A stretch of DNA of 64,000 bases from Rhizodiscina lignyota (Eukaryota). Position 1 is the first letter of the stretch; every line of letters begins with the position of its first letter. Location of the stretch: positions 1 to 64,000 of the forward strand of contig ML978122.1 in assembly GCA_010015805.1 (NCBI GenBank), in the 5' to 3' direction. Positions 11,341 through 23,846 of the stretch are shown here, piece after piece. The notes under the pieces are model-generated. The model made no database searches. It saw nothing but the letters and a program-made list of their open reading frames with translations, and was not told the DNA's origin. The translations under genes were made by a program, and so were the position numbers.

Positions 11341-11710
11341 GTATTAGTTAAACTCCTTAAATATTTATATATATAGTAAATCTACTATATTTAGCTATAA
11401 AGGCTTCCTATTTACAAATCTCCCTTATAATAAGAAAGTATACTCTTAGAATATATATATATTCTAGTAAGTCCTAGTTATATAAGCCTATACTAGTAGA
11501 CTTAAAAAACGAAAAACGAAAAATCCTAGAAGCCCGAGTTAAAATCTACTATAAAGCTAAGTAAAAGAGTATCTTTAAAGATATTATGTTTTCATTTTCA
11601 CTGTCTGTAAAGGCGTGCCATACGCCGGTACGCCGAACATGCAATTTGCGCCATGTCATAATCCGAAGTCTATCTAGTCTATTATTATATCTATATCGCG
11701 TCTAAAATAT

Positions 11711-13222
11711 TCAAGAATCAAAGATTGGCCCGTACGCGGGGATGCCTCTAGACTCCATCGCATACTTTACTCGCTTCGTTAGCTTTGCATTACTGAGTAC
11801 GAACACTGCCTCCGCACCGGCCTCCATGTACAGTTGGTAAGCCATCTCGGGCAGATTTGGGCGTCCGTCCTTGCGCGTATCTATAATCATTGCGTTCGGA
11901 TCGATCGACTTGACGGTGTTACACATCTTCTCGCCGAATGTTACCATTGGCGACGGCGTGCTCCACAGAATGCGCACTGGCTGTCTGCGGGACCCATCGG
12001 CGAGGAATGTCAAGCAAGGACCGATGCCAGATCCAGTTGTGACGAAGACGACCGAGCGGAATACCTGTGCCATGCTCATCGGCCCATGGCGCGGAAGACC
12101 TTTGACCCAGTACTGCTTCTGTGGATTGTTGATTACGTCGCTCGTGAAGTCACCCGCGTTGGAGATGATCAAAGAACCTCCTTGCTTGCCGTCGTCTCGA
12201 GGAAATGTCGCAAACGGATGCCACTCTTTCAACGGAGACTTTGAGAGGTTAATCCCGGAGAAATTGTGGATTGGGCGGTCGAAAGTCAACTTGATAGCGT
12301 GCGACGAGAGCCTCTCATGCTCGAAAGTCCATCTACGAAGACGGAGCCATGGGTGGAAGGCGTGGCAAGTCGTAAGGAAGAGAAGCCAGAAGGATGGTTG
12401 TTGAGCGAGCGCTTTCATGAACGCCGCGCCTTCTGGTCGGCCATGAAGTTCCCAAACGAGCATGATTATCTCAACCCAGAAGACTGCCGACGCTGTCCAA
12501 CCCGCCCAGCGATGTGTCCGTTCAAAGACGTCGTGCATGGCGGTTCGTATCCGCGGATGAGCGAAAGTGATGATGAGAGCAAAGGTTGACAACAAAATGG
12601 ATGTCGTAATGACAATGGGGACCGAGTCGAGTTCCTTGATGGCGAAGCTTCTGTACACGTTGCAGGCTAACAGAAGAAACCAGAGTGTGCCCGACATGGC
12701 GGCTCCACTGTGGACGCCTCCATACTCGTAACATTTGGCAAGGGTTCGCCGAATGCTTAAAGGTGCTGACAAAGGGACCAACCAACATGTCCTGAATACG
12801 ATGTTGATGATATACTCTTGCCGGATTGCTGTTGCGACAAACAAATTTGCAGACACAGCAATGGCGAGATGTTGGATGTTCTGAGTACCGATGATCCTGT
12901 TTGTGGATGCGAGAACAATGACGGCAATCAAATTCGCAGCAAAGACGACACTGAAGAGGCGCCGATATGCTGTGAAGACGATGTGTCTAAGGTTACGAAA
13001 CCACTTTCCATTGCGCTTGGGAGGCAGTTGGGGCTTTTGTTGTTTGACTTTGGCGGCTTCTAAATCGGCAGCAGATGAAGTTGCAGAGACGTTTTCAACA
13101 GGAGCGGTGTCTGCGGTGCTGATGGAGGATGGAGCTAAAGATGGAGCTTTCAAAGATAAGGTCGACGTGCTCGAATATTCGGACGAGCTGATGCTTCTTG
13201 CAATAATGTTTGGAGTTGCCAT
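11711..13222 (-). CDS. tmpA: TmpA-like integral membrane flavoprotein (transmembrane helices plus ferredoxin-NADP reductase-like FAD/NAD-binding C-terminus)
   Basis: 503-aa single-exon ORF with about 6 hydrophobic segments. Motifs YGGVHSGAA, HDVFERTHRWAGW, EWHPFA, VTTGSGIGP and C-terminal AYGPIFDS are typical of the Aspergillus TmpA/TmpL family. Confidence 0.82.
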   Translation of the reverse strand: MATPNIIARSISSSEYSSTSTLSLKAPSLAPSSISTADTAPVENVSATSSAADLEAAKVKQQKPQLPPKRNGKWFRNLRHIVFTAYRRLFSVVFAANLIAVIVLASTNRIIGTQNIQHLAIAVSANLFVATAIRQEYIINIVFRTCWLVPLSAPLSIRRTLAKCYEYGGVHSGAAMSGTLWFLLLACNVYRSFAIKELDSVPIVITTSILLSTFALIITFAHPRIRTAMHDVFERTHRWAGWTASAVFWVEIIMLVWELHGRPEGAAFMKALAQQPSFWLLFLTTCHAFHPWLRLRRWTFEHERLSSHAIKLTFDRPIHNFSGINLSKSPLKEWHPFATFPRDDGKQGGSLIISNAGDFTSDVINNPQKQYWVKGLPRHGPMSMAQVFRSVVFVTTGSGIGPCLTFLADGSRRQPVRILWSTPSPMVTFGEKMCNTVKSIDPNAMIIDTRKDGRPNLPEMAYQLYMEAGAEAVFVLSNAKLTKRVKYAMESRGIPAYGPIFDS

Positions 13223-15273
13223 GATGGATAACTCGAATTTGGGGAGGGCGTATTGCTGCCATTGTGCAAGCGTAAGGGGCGCATTTATGTATACTCTTTC
13301 TGGGCTCGCGCATTCTATGAAAGGAAACCAAGGCCATTTTTAGAAGGTAAAGGAATTGCTGTTTCACGGATTTTGCCTGGAGGCGATGAAAATGAAGTCC
13401 ACGTCGGATGCAGCCGAACATGGCCAGTGGCCACTCGGTTTTGCACGATCATCCCACTCAGCCCTAGAAGGATGCGGCGGAGGATTCAGCCTCTGACAAA
13501 CGACAGTCAATAGACGAGCCGGCCTGAAAGATGGCCAAGCTGGATGAGGCATTGCTACGTACCACCTGCTGGATAAGCCCGGCGTGTCGAGCCCGATTGG
13601 TGCGCAACGTAATGATTAGCCTCCGAAGTTGGACAATGCTTAAACAAATCAGACGAGCTCAGCAAGACGAGCTCAGCAATACAATGTGGCTGCTCAGGAT
13701 TCCTTAAGAAGAACGACTTGTGCTTACCACTTGAAGAGGAAATGACATGCGGCGATGTACCATGAATTACTCAGAATACATGGCATTTTGTCTCCGAAGC
13801 CCCACGTATAATGTCTTCAAACCGACCAATGCAGATTTCCCTCTACTCCGCATGCTATTTACGTAGGAAACGTTATCTCTCCTATTGACGAGCTTTTGAA
13901 GATAAGAGAAACTTACGGGGCATTTAGTTACACAGGCAATTCAGCCCTCACAGCTACGATAATATTTACGACGCTGCTGCAGCTCTACTGCCCACCACAG
14001 CTGGGAGATCAAACGACTTTATTAATATCCAACATAACTGGTTCCTAAAATATGATAGAAGGGCCTCGCTCTATTAACCGCCACAAGCTTCATGGCTAGC
14101 TGTACGAAGCCCCAGCTTCAGGTAGCTTTAGATTGTAAGTGCGAGATCATGTTCGATACAGCGAGCGGTCTTTCGTGTACCACCCGGCTACTCTATTATC
14201 TGCCCAATGGCTGTGACATTTCAAAAACCTTCAGACAGACCAATGCAGACTCTTTTGTAGCTTGGGAAGAACTTGAAACGAGTCGGTACAAGCTTCCAAC
14301 TACTGCGCTCTACCTGATTCTCCACCGGCGTCCAGACAACTCCAGAACGAATCTCAACGCGAATTATTGGAGATTCATGGCACACCTCGAACGACTCAAA
14401 AGAGTGAGTTTCAGACATTTTGTACATTATCGCGAGTGCTCCGCAGAGAATACAGATGGCCCTCCGAGAGACGCAGTCGCGCCACGTTAAATCTATCTTG
14501 AATGACTCGTGCGTCGAGCCGCGCTGGGAAAGCGGATTGGTCTTCAAGGACAATGGAAGGACTGTCATGGAACATCTCGCTGGGACATTCGGTAATCGCG
14601 ATTTTCATGTTTTTCGCGTAATGGGTTGCGAAGTTGAAATACATGTCCGGTTGGGGAACAGTTCACTTTGCGCTACATCTCGAAGGTGCTCCATCGCCGA
14701 CACGGAGTGCGCCCAGCGTCTTCGATTAGTATGGGTCAAGCTCTTTGAATACGCGCAATCTGGACAAATACCAGTCGAAGCATGTTGAATAGAACTTCCA
14801 GGCATGCCCCCGCCGGAATCCAAAAACAAACACGTATTTCGCAGTTTCAATGCCCATTTCCACTTTTTGCGCCGTCATCTTGAGGACGATACTGCGCAAA
14901 GACTGTTGAATGGCAGCACGTGCGAGCCTTTTCCCGCTACGGAATACTTCGTAGAACAAAGAAAGCCAAATCACCAGTAATGAAGACTGGAATTGTGCGA
15001 AGTTCTAGCGTCATGTAACTACTCGTGAACATCGCGATTCCCTTGGTCGTGAGACGGAAAGTGCGCTGCAAACGGGACAGAAGGAATAAACAATGTCGTA
15101 AGTGGCGCACTGGCCGGGATCATGGGTGTATCGTGGCGATCGAGTGTGGCGCCCAACGCATCGCCAACTTTAATCTCCCATCGCGTCCAAGATCCCACTT
15201 CTTCCAACACGCCGAACGCAGAGGCGCTCAACACTCCTCGCAATGAACACAACGCGATAGCGCGACTCAACTA

Positions 15274-18200
15274 ATGTCCGACATTGTCAGCGTCTTAAAT
15301 GGCACCATCAACGGAGCCGCGGGGTCGGCGCAGGGGAAGGAGGGAACAACAATTCAAACGTTTGCGATATCATTAGCATCCGGCTTCATTCTCTTCGCCG
15401 TCCAGGGCAGCATCTTTCTCATCATCAGGAACTACCTCTGGGCCAAGCGAATATACCAGCCGCGGTCTTTTCTGGTGCCAGTGAAACAGCGCATAAAGCC
15501 ACCTCACAACAACCCGTTCAAGTGGATACTCGATGTCTTCAAGATCAAAGAGGACCCGGACGTCCTTCAGAAAGCGGGAATGGACGCGTACTTCTTCCTC
15601 CGATATCTCAGCATGTGCCTCAAGATCTTCTTCCCGATGGCGCTCATCGTCATGCCCATCCTGATCCCCCTCAACATCAAGCAGGGCAAAGACACGAGAG
15701 TCATCGACCAGGTTCGATACAATGTGACTGGGCTGGATAAGCTAGGTTGGTCAAACGTGTCGCCGGAAAATACTGGCAGATACTGGGCGCATCTTGTGCT
15801 TGCAGTTGTCGTCATCATATGGATCTGCTACGTCTTCCACCAAGAGTTGGCCCATTACATCAAAAAGCGACACGAATTTCTGGCAAGCCCAGGCCACAGA
15901 CTGAAGGCGTCGAGTACCACCGTGTTGATCATGGATATTCCTGAAAAGCTTTGCACTGACGACGCTCTGATGGACATGTATGGAGACTTTCCCGGAGGCG
16001 TGCGGCGAATTTGGCTCAATCGGGACTTCAGCGCTCTTGTTAACAAAGACAAGTTGCGAAGACGGCTAGAGGACATGCTTGAGAATGCTGAGACGAACTT
16101 AATCCGAATGGCTGTCAAGAAACATAAGAAGGCGTCGAAACGGAACAATACCGCGGGTTCACAGGCGTCGACACAAGGCGAAAGCGACCCAATTGCTCCG
16201 GAAACAATGACCTCAGATACAGAGCGTGCAACAAAAACCATATGCGAGCGTGACTTGCAATACGACATTGCCACCAGAGCCGCATGGACGGAGTATCTGA
16301 CACCGAAACAGAGATCCACGATGCGGATACCCCGAAATGAGAATAGCTTTGCGGCCAAAATTCCCCTCATTGGGCGCTTGTTCACGGCCAAGGTAGACAC
16401 AATCTACTACTGCCGTAGAGAACTTGCTCGTCTGAACAGAGAACTCGAAACCGACGTCGAATCAATTGAATCCTATCCACTGAACCGATCAGCATTCATT
16501 CAGTTCAACACTCAGAAAGCGGCCCAACTGGCATGCCAATCGGTCGCCGATACGAGTCCGAGTCATATGAAGAGACGTATTGTGGAAATCTCACCAGGCG
16601 ACATCAACTGGGACAACCTGAATCTTGCGTGGAGGGTGCGATATGTCCGGGTCATCGGTTTCCTGGTGCTTTACGTTTTGTTGCTCATCCTTTTTGGTCT
16701 CGTCGCCTTCTTCACTGGTATCCTTTCCAGGGCGTCTACCTTATCCGACTCCACACCCTGGCTTGGCTGGATTCAAAGTCTCCCATCATGGTTGATCTCC
16801 TTCATTCAAGGTACCCTGCCACCAGTCATCCAGGTCATTATACTGAGCGGGCCGCTCCCCATCTTGCTTCGAGCAATGACGAACCACACTCGAGGTTCGA
16901 CCACAGGGCAAGAGGGAGAGCGCTCTTTGCAACTGTGGTACTTGATCTTCCTCGTTTTCGAATTGTTCCTTATTCCGACAATCTCCTCCGGACTCACAAG
17001 CATCCTCAGAGAACTCATACATCAGCCGACTTCCGTGCCAAACATCCTCGCAACAGACCTTCCGACTTCTTCCAACTATTACTTTTCCTTTCTGGTCCTG
17101 CAAGCTTTATCTCTCAGCGCAACGGCGCTTTTACAAACCATTCGACTGTTCAACTTTTATGTAATTGGCCACGTCAATACTCCAGACAGTGTTTTTGAGA
17201 AACTGAGCTGGACCAATCGAACTCGTATTGGCAGCAACATCCCTTGGTATACAACTTTCGCAGTCATCGGTATGGCTCCCAAAACGTTGCAAAAGCCAAA
17301 GGACTAACAGAGACAGGCATCGTTTACTCCATCGTCGCGCCCTTGATCCTGGTATTCGAACTCATCACCTTTGGTCTCTTCTGGCTTGTCATCAAGAACA
17401 ACCTGCTATATTGCGTCCGCACGGGCAATGTGGATGGTGGTGGCCTTTGGTTCCCGAATGCGATCAACCAGACTTTTACGGGCCTGTACTTCATGGAGAT
17501 CTGCCTCATTGGCTTGTTCTTCCTCGTGCGCGACACACATGACAAGGTTGCTTGCGATGCGCAAGGCGTTATCATGGCAGTAGTATTGGTGCTCACCGTA
17601 TTGTACCATATCTGGCTCTGGGTTCATCTCCGCCAGCTTTTCAAGTACGCCCCCGTGCGGCTATCGACCGAGTCGAAGGATGAGTCGAAGGACTTGCTGG
17701 CAAACGACGAGGAGTGTGATGTAGATGAGCCTGAAGAAGCACCAGCACCTGCGGGAGCGGAGAAATCTGCAGAAGACAAGGAACCTTCTCCTCGTCCTGA
17801 CAATCCACCAACAAACGACGGCGACAGCGACACAATCTCCGACATGGTGCTTCCACTACCTCGACCCCGCCGCCCAACAGTCTTGTCGCATGTATCTTAT
17901 GCGTCGCATCGATCCGGGCATGAGATGCAAGCACAGCTACGTGAAGAAGCCGAATCTGCGAAAGAGATTCTTGCGCGCATCAACCGACCATTAAACGAAA
18001 CTCGTCTACGAGAGCTCGAGAAGACGCTCGGCGAAACCGAAACAAATATTGGCAACTACCTGATGCCACGCCGAAAAGACATCGAGGCGCAGATGATGAA
18101 TGATCCAATCTCCAAAATCATACTTCAGCACAACGACGAGCTGGAGACACTGGAGCCTGAGGAACGCGACATGCTGGTATCTGTCGCTTTCACTCACCCA

Positions 18201-18404
18201 GTTCTTCGTTCACCAAGGCCGTGCGTGTGGATTCCAATGGATGACTTGGGCGTCAGCGATGACGAGGTTAAGCGCACAAAGGCATTCACTGCGCATGTGG
18301 ATATTGAGAACAAGGGCGCGTTCTTTGACCGCAAGCTGAAGGTTCAAGTGAATAAACCGCCACCAGATATGTCAGAGTTTGCTCTCGTTATGAATGAGCT
18401 ATGA
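15274..18404 (+). CDS. CSC1/OSCA/TMEM63 (RSN1/PHM7, DUF221) calcium-permeable mechano/osmosensitive channel
   Basis: Exons 15274-17269 and 17317-18404, with a GT..CTAAC..AG intron at 17270-17316. Motifs IYQPRS, GMDAYFFLRYL, AFIQF, P.DINWDNL, SNYYFSF, YSIVAPLIL, TFTGLYFMEICLIGLF and C-terminal VWIP.DDLGVS. Confidence 0.93.
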
Positions 18405-19323
18405 GTACATAAAATAGAAATAGAGCGCAATTGAATTTACTCATCTTAATAACTGGGCGGGTCTCAATCGGAAACGTAGTTGATTTCTGTTTATCGGCTA
18501 CGCAGCGCATGAACAGGAGGGATTGAGGACCTGAGGTAAAGCTCAGTAATGCACAAATTGCAGGTTGAACGCCTGTACATAATCATATTAGAGTTCAGCG
18601 TCTGTGCACAAACCCATAGCTAAGGGACGACATAGAATTGATGTGAAGCTCAATCTGTGTCTTAGAACTGCGAGTTGAGCGCCTGCGCATAATTGAAGTT
18701 GCAACTCACTATATTTCTCTAGATAAATTGCGTCATCTGCGCGGAAGGTCAACTGCAACAAGAACGCAACTTTGCGTAATGCCGTCCTTTGTGTAAATGA
18801 TAGTTAACGAGAAACACGATAAACCTTAGGGAAATATCTGCCGTTGTAAAGGAAAAGGATGGTATTTAATAAGCGGAGTCTAAGGCCCTGAGCTATGCCG
18901 TCCTCTATTTTGAAGGTCAATGAGGAAGGAAACTTCGTATATCGCTTGCAACCAGGAAGGAGATGCCTGATGATACGATCCAAGTATGAATGATGCTTTT
19001 TCCACACAGAATGATTGCAAGAAGCACGTACCGAGACTCATACGAAGCGGCGGAAGGACAACAGGAAAAGCACACTTCTACAGCAATACCAGCCCACCGG
19101 ATCGCGTACTCTTGTCAAGCCTTCGATGGTCAGCAAGTTTAAGAGCCATGTATTGTTAAACATGAAGGTCATAGGTACACAAATCTGGCAGCGGCATTGC
19201 CACATACGTGACATCGATGTTGGAATTATACAATGCTCAAAGATAATGAGCAAGAGTTTCTCATGGTATAAGATACAGGAGTCGTGAGTCCATCAAAGTG
19301 CCCGAAGTCTGCAGTCTGCTAGA

Positions 19324-21039
19324 TTACAAGGTATATCGGAATCCCTCAAGGCCCTCGATAATCTTACCACCTCTCGCAGCCCGCTTGTTTGCGCGAATAA
19401 ACTTCCACTCCAGCAACAGGGTAATGAAGATAATGAGTGCGCTCGCAATCATACACGCATACATCCCTGGCTTGTAACCGGGCTTGTCTTGATCTCTAAA
19501 GACGGTGCTACCGACAATGCCTCCAATGCCACCGGCACCAACGAGTGTTGCAGAGCAGAGCGCGCGCTTCCACTGCCCACGGATATTGTTTGCTTGATAT
19601 GTGAGAATGCAAGGCACGTTTGCATTGCAAGCCGTTGTCGCAAGGAAAACACCAAAGTATCTTGCGCCGTTATTCTCCAAGAATCCGAGAAGGCCGAGAC
19701 CGAGAATGCACAGGCAGCCGTTGAAGATAATAAAGGGTCCGCGGATATGGTACTTGTCGCCGAGGACGGCGCAGAGGTACATCCAGATGGCAGCAAGGAC
19801 ATACGGTGGTGCAACAAGACACTGAGCTTCGGCGACGCCGAATCCCATTCCCAGCTCCAGAATAATCGGCAAGAAGTATGCAATGGCATATGTGCACGTC
19901 GTAGTTAGACCGAAGAGCGCCGCAAAGCCCCAAACTTTGAGATCAGTAGCGCATTTAGCGTAATGAGTAATGCTAAATGGCGTGGCGATAGCATCGTGAC
20001 GGTCTTGTTGGATTCTCGCAACGATAAACTCGGCTTCCTTCTGAGACAGGAACGGGATAGCAAGCGACCTGGTTTTATTTGCAGCCTTCTCGGGGAAATC
20101 TGCAATCGTCAGAGCACCAATGCCGGCAATGACAACGGTCAGAATGCCTTGCATGATAAACTATGACATGTCAACCACTATAGCATGTGTACTATAATAT
20201 GGTTACTTACGATCCAGCGCCAGCCGGCAATACCAGACTCAATACCACTTGGAGCAGTGGGATCATCTGCTGTAGGGCCGTAGTGCTGCCCCCATGTGGG
20301 CCCGAGGTTTCCAAGGCCATTCATATTGTAAAAGCCATATGCTAGAATACCGGAAAAGGCAGATGCCATGGAGCCGATGAGGTAGAACACAGCATTACGC
20401 TTCTGAAGATCGTAACGTGGATACCAGCAGGAGAGAAGATATGCGCATCCTGTCAAGTTTGATTAGCACTCTGACCAACTTAGTTGATGCGGATTCGTAT
20501 GGCTTACCTGGAAAGAAACCAGCTTCCCAGATACCAAGAATCAATCTGAGCCCAACCATTTGAGTCCATGTCGTGAGGAAGCCGAAGCAGATCATCGTAA
20601 TGCCCCACAGGAACGTGATTGTAGGCAGGAAGATCCTGGGGCCGAGTTTTCGAAGAATGACGGTTGCTGGTGGTTGCAGAATAACGTACGTTATAAAGAA
20701 GACGAGCGTAATGATGGAGTAACGATAACCGATGAGGACCAAGTCTGCAAGAGCAATAAGCACCGTCCCATATGGCGTTGCAATCAAAACTCTCTCTCTA
20801 AACATACCTACGCCCATACCACCGACAACAGCAATACCCAGATTTGTTCTGTCCATCAGTGAAACGGCATACATAAAGCCGAGGGTAAGCACAAGACGAA
20901 AATCGATGCGTCGGATAATCTTCTTCTGCTCCGCAGGAGTAAAGGCATCGATGTGTTCTTGAGCCGATAAATGTGAATCTTGAGAGTCGGTGTGCTCGAG
21001 ATGCATCACCTCATCACCCTTCTCGATGATTTCTGCCAT
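19324..21039 (-). CDS. MFS transporter, anion:cation symporter (Dal5/Tna1-like allantoate/nicotinate permease family)
   Basis: Multi-exon gene with about three introns (~20744-20806, ~20451-20508, ~20162-20210). Motifs RRIDFRL, SLMDRTNLG, EAGFFPG, SCWY.R.DLQKR, GWRWIF, NNIRGQWKRA and C-terminal GFRYTL. Confidence 0.92.
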
Positions 21040-23846
21040 ATTGGATGAGACCGCTCGTCGGAGCAGCTTGAGGGGAAGGCGATGTGAAGCAAACTGAACG
21101 AGACAAGAACCACTTGGCAGGGAGAAGCTTGACGGTCAAGGTGAGGCTTCAGCGGCCGCTACGAGACTCTTATTCTCTGAGCGTTTGCAAGCCCCTCAGT
21201 GCCCTTATCGCAAGCCGTACGACCATTGCCGCGGTAATGTTCCATTGAACTCATCTGGGCCAAGCCACAGTCCAGGTTTTCGGTGGAGAGATTGAAGATC
21301 GTGTCTATTGTTGATTGACCAACAAATCGCCATCCAGGCTAGACCTTGCATCGTGGTTCGGAACCCCGCAATATGGAAGACACCGAACGAGATACGCAAG
21401 GGTGGAGTACCCCAGACTGTGCCAAACTGTGGGGAATCGGCTCGCCTAGACTATGGTTCTTTTCGGTCGAACCCGGTTACGCCGTGAGCTACGCATCCCT
21501 CGGAGCCGTTCTTGCAGCCGTATCTGCTGGCGGAACCAATACCGCACCTCGGTAGTACCGGGCAATGTCCCAAATGTAGCCAACAACCCCATCAACCCAT
21601 GCCCACTTGGCACGCGACAAGAAATTAGTCTTGCGCTGAAGAAATTCGGATCGTCAGTTGAACGATTCAGCGTTCATCGTTTCGAGACTTCCGAGAGCAG
21701 ACGTTCTGTTGGAATCCAACTCCTGTCTAGGGCAGACGCATGAGTGGTGACTATTCCGCTTCAAGACGCAAATGAAAATGGCCCGTTCCGGAAAACGATC
21801 TAGATCATGTACGCTTATGAGAGGCCTCGGCGTATCGTCGTTGAGAGGGGTTCACAATCATGACTTGAGGAACAGCAGGAAGAGGACAGAACACAGCATG
21901 ACAGAGAAGACAAAACGCAGATAGAAGAGTTCGCCTTGCGAGAATGTGACGACGGTGTAATCACCCATCTCGCAAGGCCAAACCTACATGAAGGCGGCGG
22001 ATATGGCGCTGATGTACGACAGCGGATGGGTGACCTCGGGATCTCCGACGCAGGATTTCCGGCGGATAAAGGAGAAGGAGAAGTTTGGGCTTTCGAGTCG
22101 AATTCGCGCACAGCTTGGCGTCAGACAGGATTGTGACTTTGGCACATTGCTTCATCGAACAACAAGAAGACTTCCGAAATCAATATTGGTGGTGGGGCCT
22201 TATATACAAGAAGCCGAGCGCTTTGCGAATGATTTCTCAACACAATTTCTCAGCTCAGGGTTCCACGGCAAGTCGGCTCCAAGCGCACGTGCTCGGTGTT
22301 GCACGGAAAAGCGGCTGCAAACGAGACCCAAAGTACAACTCATCCTAGACGTGAGAGATGTTTGCATGTGTATCTCCAAGGGTAAAATATGTTTATACGC
22401 CAGACTGAATGAGCCAACGGGGTTTGATTGCAAGCATTTCGCCCTGCAGAGGAAGGATCGGCCATCGCTCATGTTGGAGAGGTCTCCAAGTTCACGGTTA
22501 CAATGCAAGTCCAAGCAGAAATGGCATAACGTTTGCTCGTCATCATCTGAATATGGAAGGTCTCTTTCAGTAACACGACTACAGGTAAAGTCAAAATTCA
22601 CTTGGTCACGTTCTTCAGTCCTACGAGGGAAGCCTCATCATGTTCTCCGTCTTAGTTCATGTCAAGAGTTTGCACAGTATTATGCGTACTCCATGTACAT
22701 TGCGCCTTGTCGAGGTCACAATCAAATATAATTGTTTGAAGAGTCCGTTCACGATGCTGAAGCCGATGTGGCGAAGAAGCAGCAATTTGTTGGAGTGCTG
22801 GTCTATCCACCGGTAGAGTGGAATGAAGCCAGACATCTTCGTCCATTGCCAGTAATGGCTGCCAAGCACGGAACCAAAGGTACAGGATGATAATGCCTGC
22901 AATTGCACACCAAATTCCAGAAATGGCATATCGACGTGCTCACATTTCCAGAACTTATGAGCAAGGCGGAGATCGACGCAAGTGGCCCTTGAAGACCTGC
23001 AGCGTCAATTCCTCTCTTTGACCTGAGGCTCCGTGCCCACACCACTTATTTGATTGTGTCTAGAAGAGCGATCCCTCTCACCATAAATGGGCACCCATTA
23101 ACATGGCAGCTTTCGAAGTGGGTGGAGTTTCGATGGCAGTAGGCGGTGGAAATCGACAGCTGGGAGCTCGGGAGCGGGCTTAAACGTCGGCGTAGAGGCG
23201 GTAAACTGACGTGAACAAGTCGAGAATGAGCAACCTTGGGAGAAATCATAAAAGGCAAAGAGAGCAATGCCTTCCTGTCACGAGCTGCGAATAGGAGAGG
23301 CATCTGGGCGAGAAACTCGGGCCGATCAGATTTTCCGGCCTTTGCCTGTGGAAAATGCCGAGTATCTACCAAAAGCCAGCCGAGCCAAATCCTGCCACGA
23401 GCCAGACTCGCATGACTCCGCGACGACGACTCAGCTGTGTGCATCCCAGGTAAACATTTTACGTACAACGAATTTAGCTAGACAAAGTTCAAATCGTGGA
23501 TCATCCCTTCGCTTCTCACCCACTGCGCTCGATCAGAGCGTTCGAAATCTCTAATAACCTCATCAGCATCCTCCCACCCAGCGAAAGACGTGCGAATTTC
23601 TCCTCAACCGGATCACCTCCTGACACCGCATCAATTGTAACAGCTCTCTTGGCCAAGACTAGTCAGTGAATGAGCAACTCAGCCTTTGAAATTGATCAGC
23701 TGGCCCTCGTATATAACCGCCGAAACTGGATACATGTATGGAAGCCCCAAAACCTGTTCATGCGCTCGTGCTACAAGCAAAGATCATAGAATACGACAGT
23801 TTCTATTCGCTCATCTCATCATATCTGACATTGTCATTGACTTCCT

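Larger units (their letters stand above)
96..11590. other. RIP-mutated AT-rich subtelomeric block
   Basis: CpA and TpG are nearly absent, TpA/CTA/TAG are in large excess and there are no intact long ORFs. In-frame CAG>TAG, TGG>TAG, TGT>TAT and CAT>TAT changes fall inside recognisable protein motifs. Composition returns abruptly to normal at ~11.6 kb. Confidence 0.95.

Noticed and set aside
13651..13679. 14-bp tandem duplication AGACGAGCTCAGCA x2 upstream of tmpA
   Set aside because: An isolated slippage-type duplication with no supporting context.
14092..15270. Several 70-130 aa ORFs on both strands
   Set aside because: No recognisable motifs or consistent splice structure; treated as intergenic.
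21988..22731. 247-aa plus-strand ORF as an intact gene
   Set aside because: It has no domain signature and an atypical composition; at most part of an eroded remnant.
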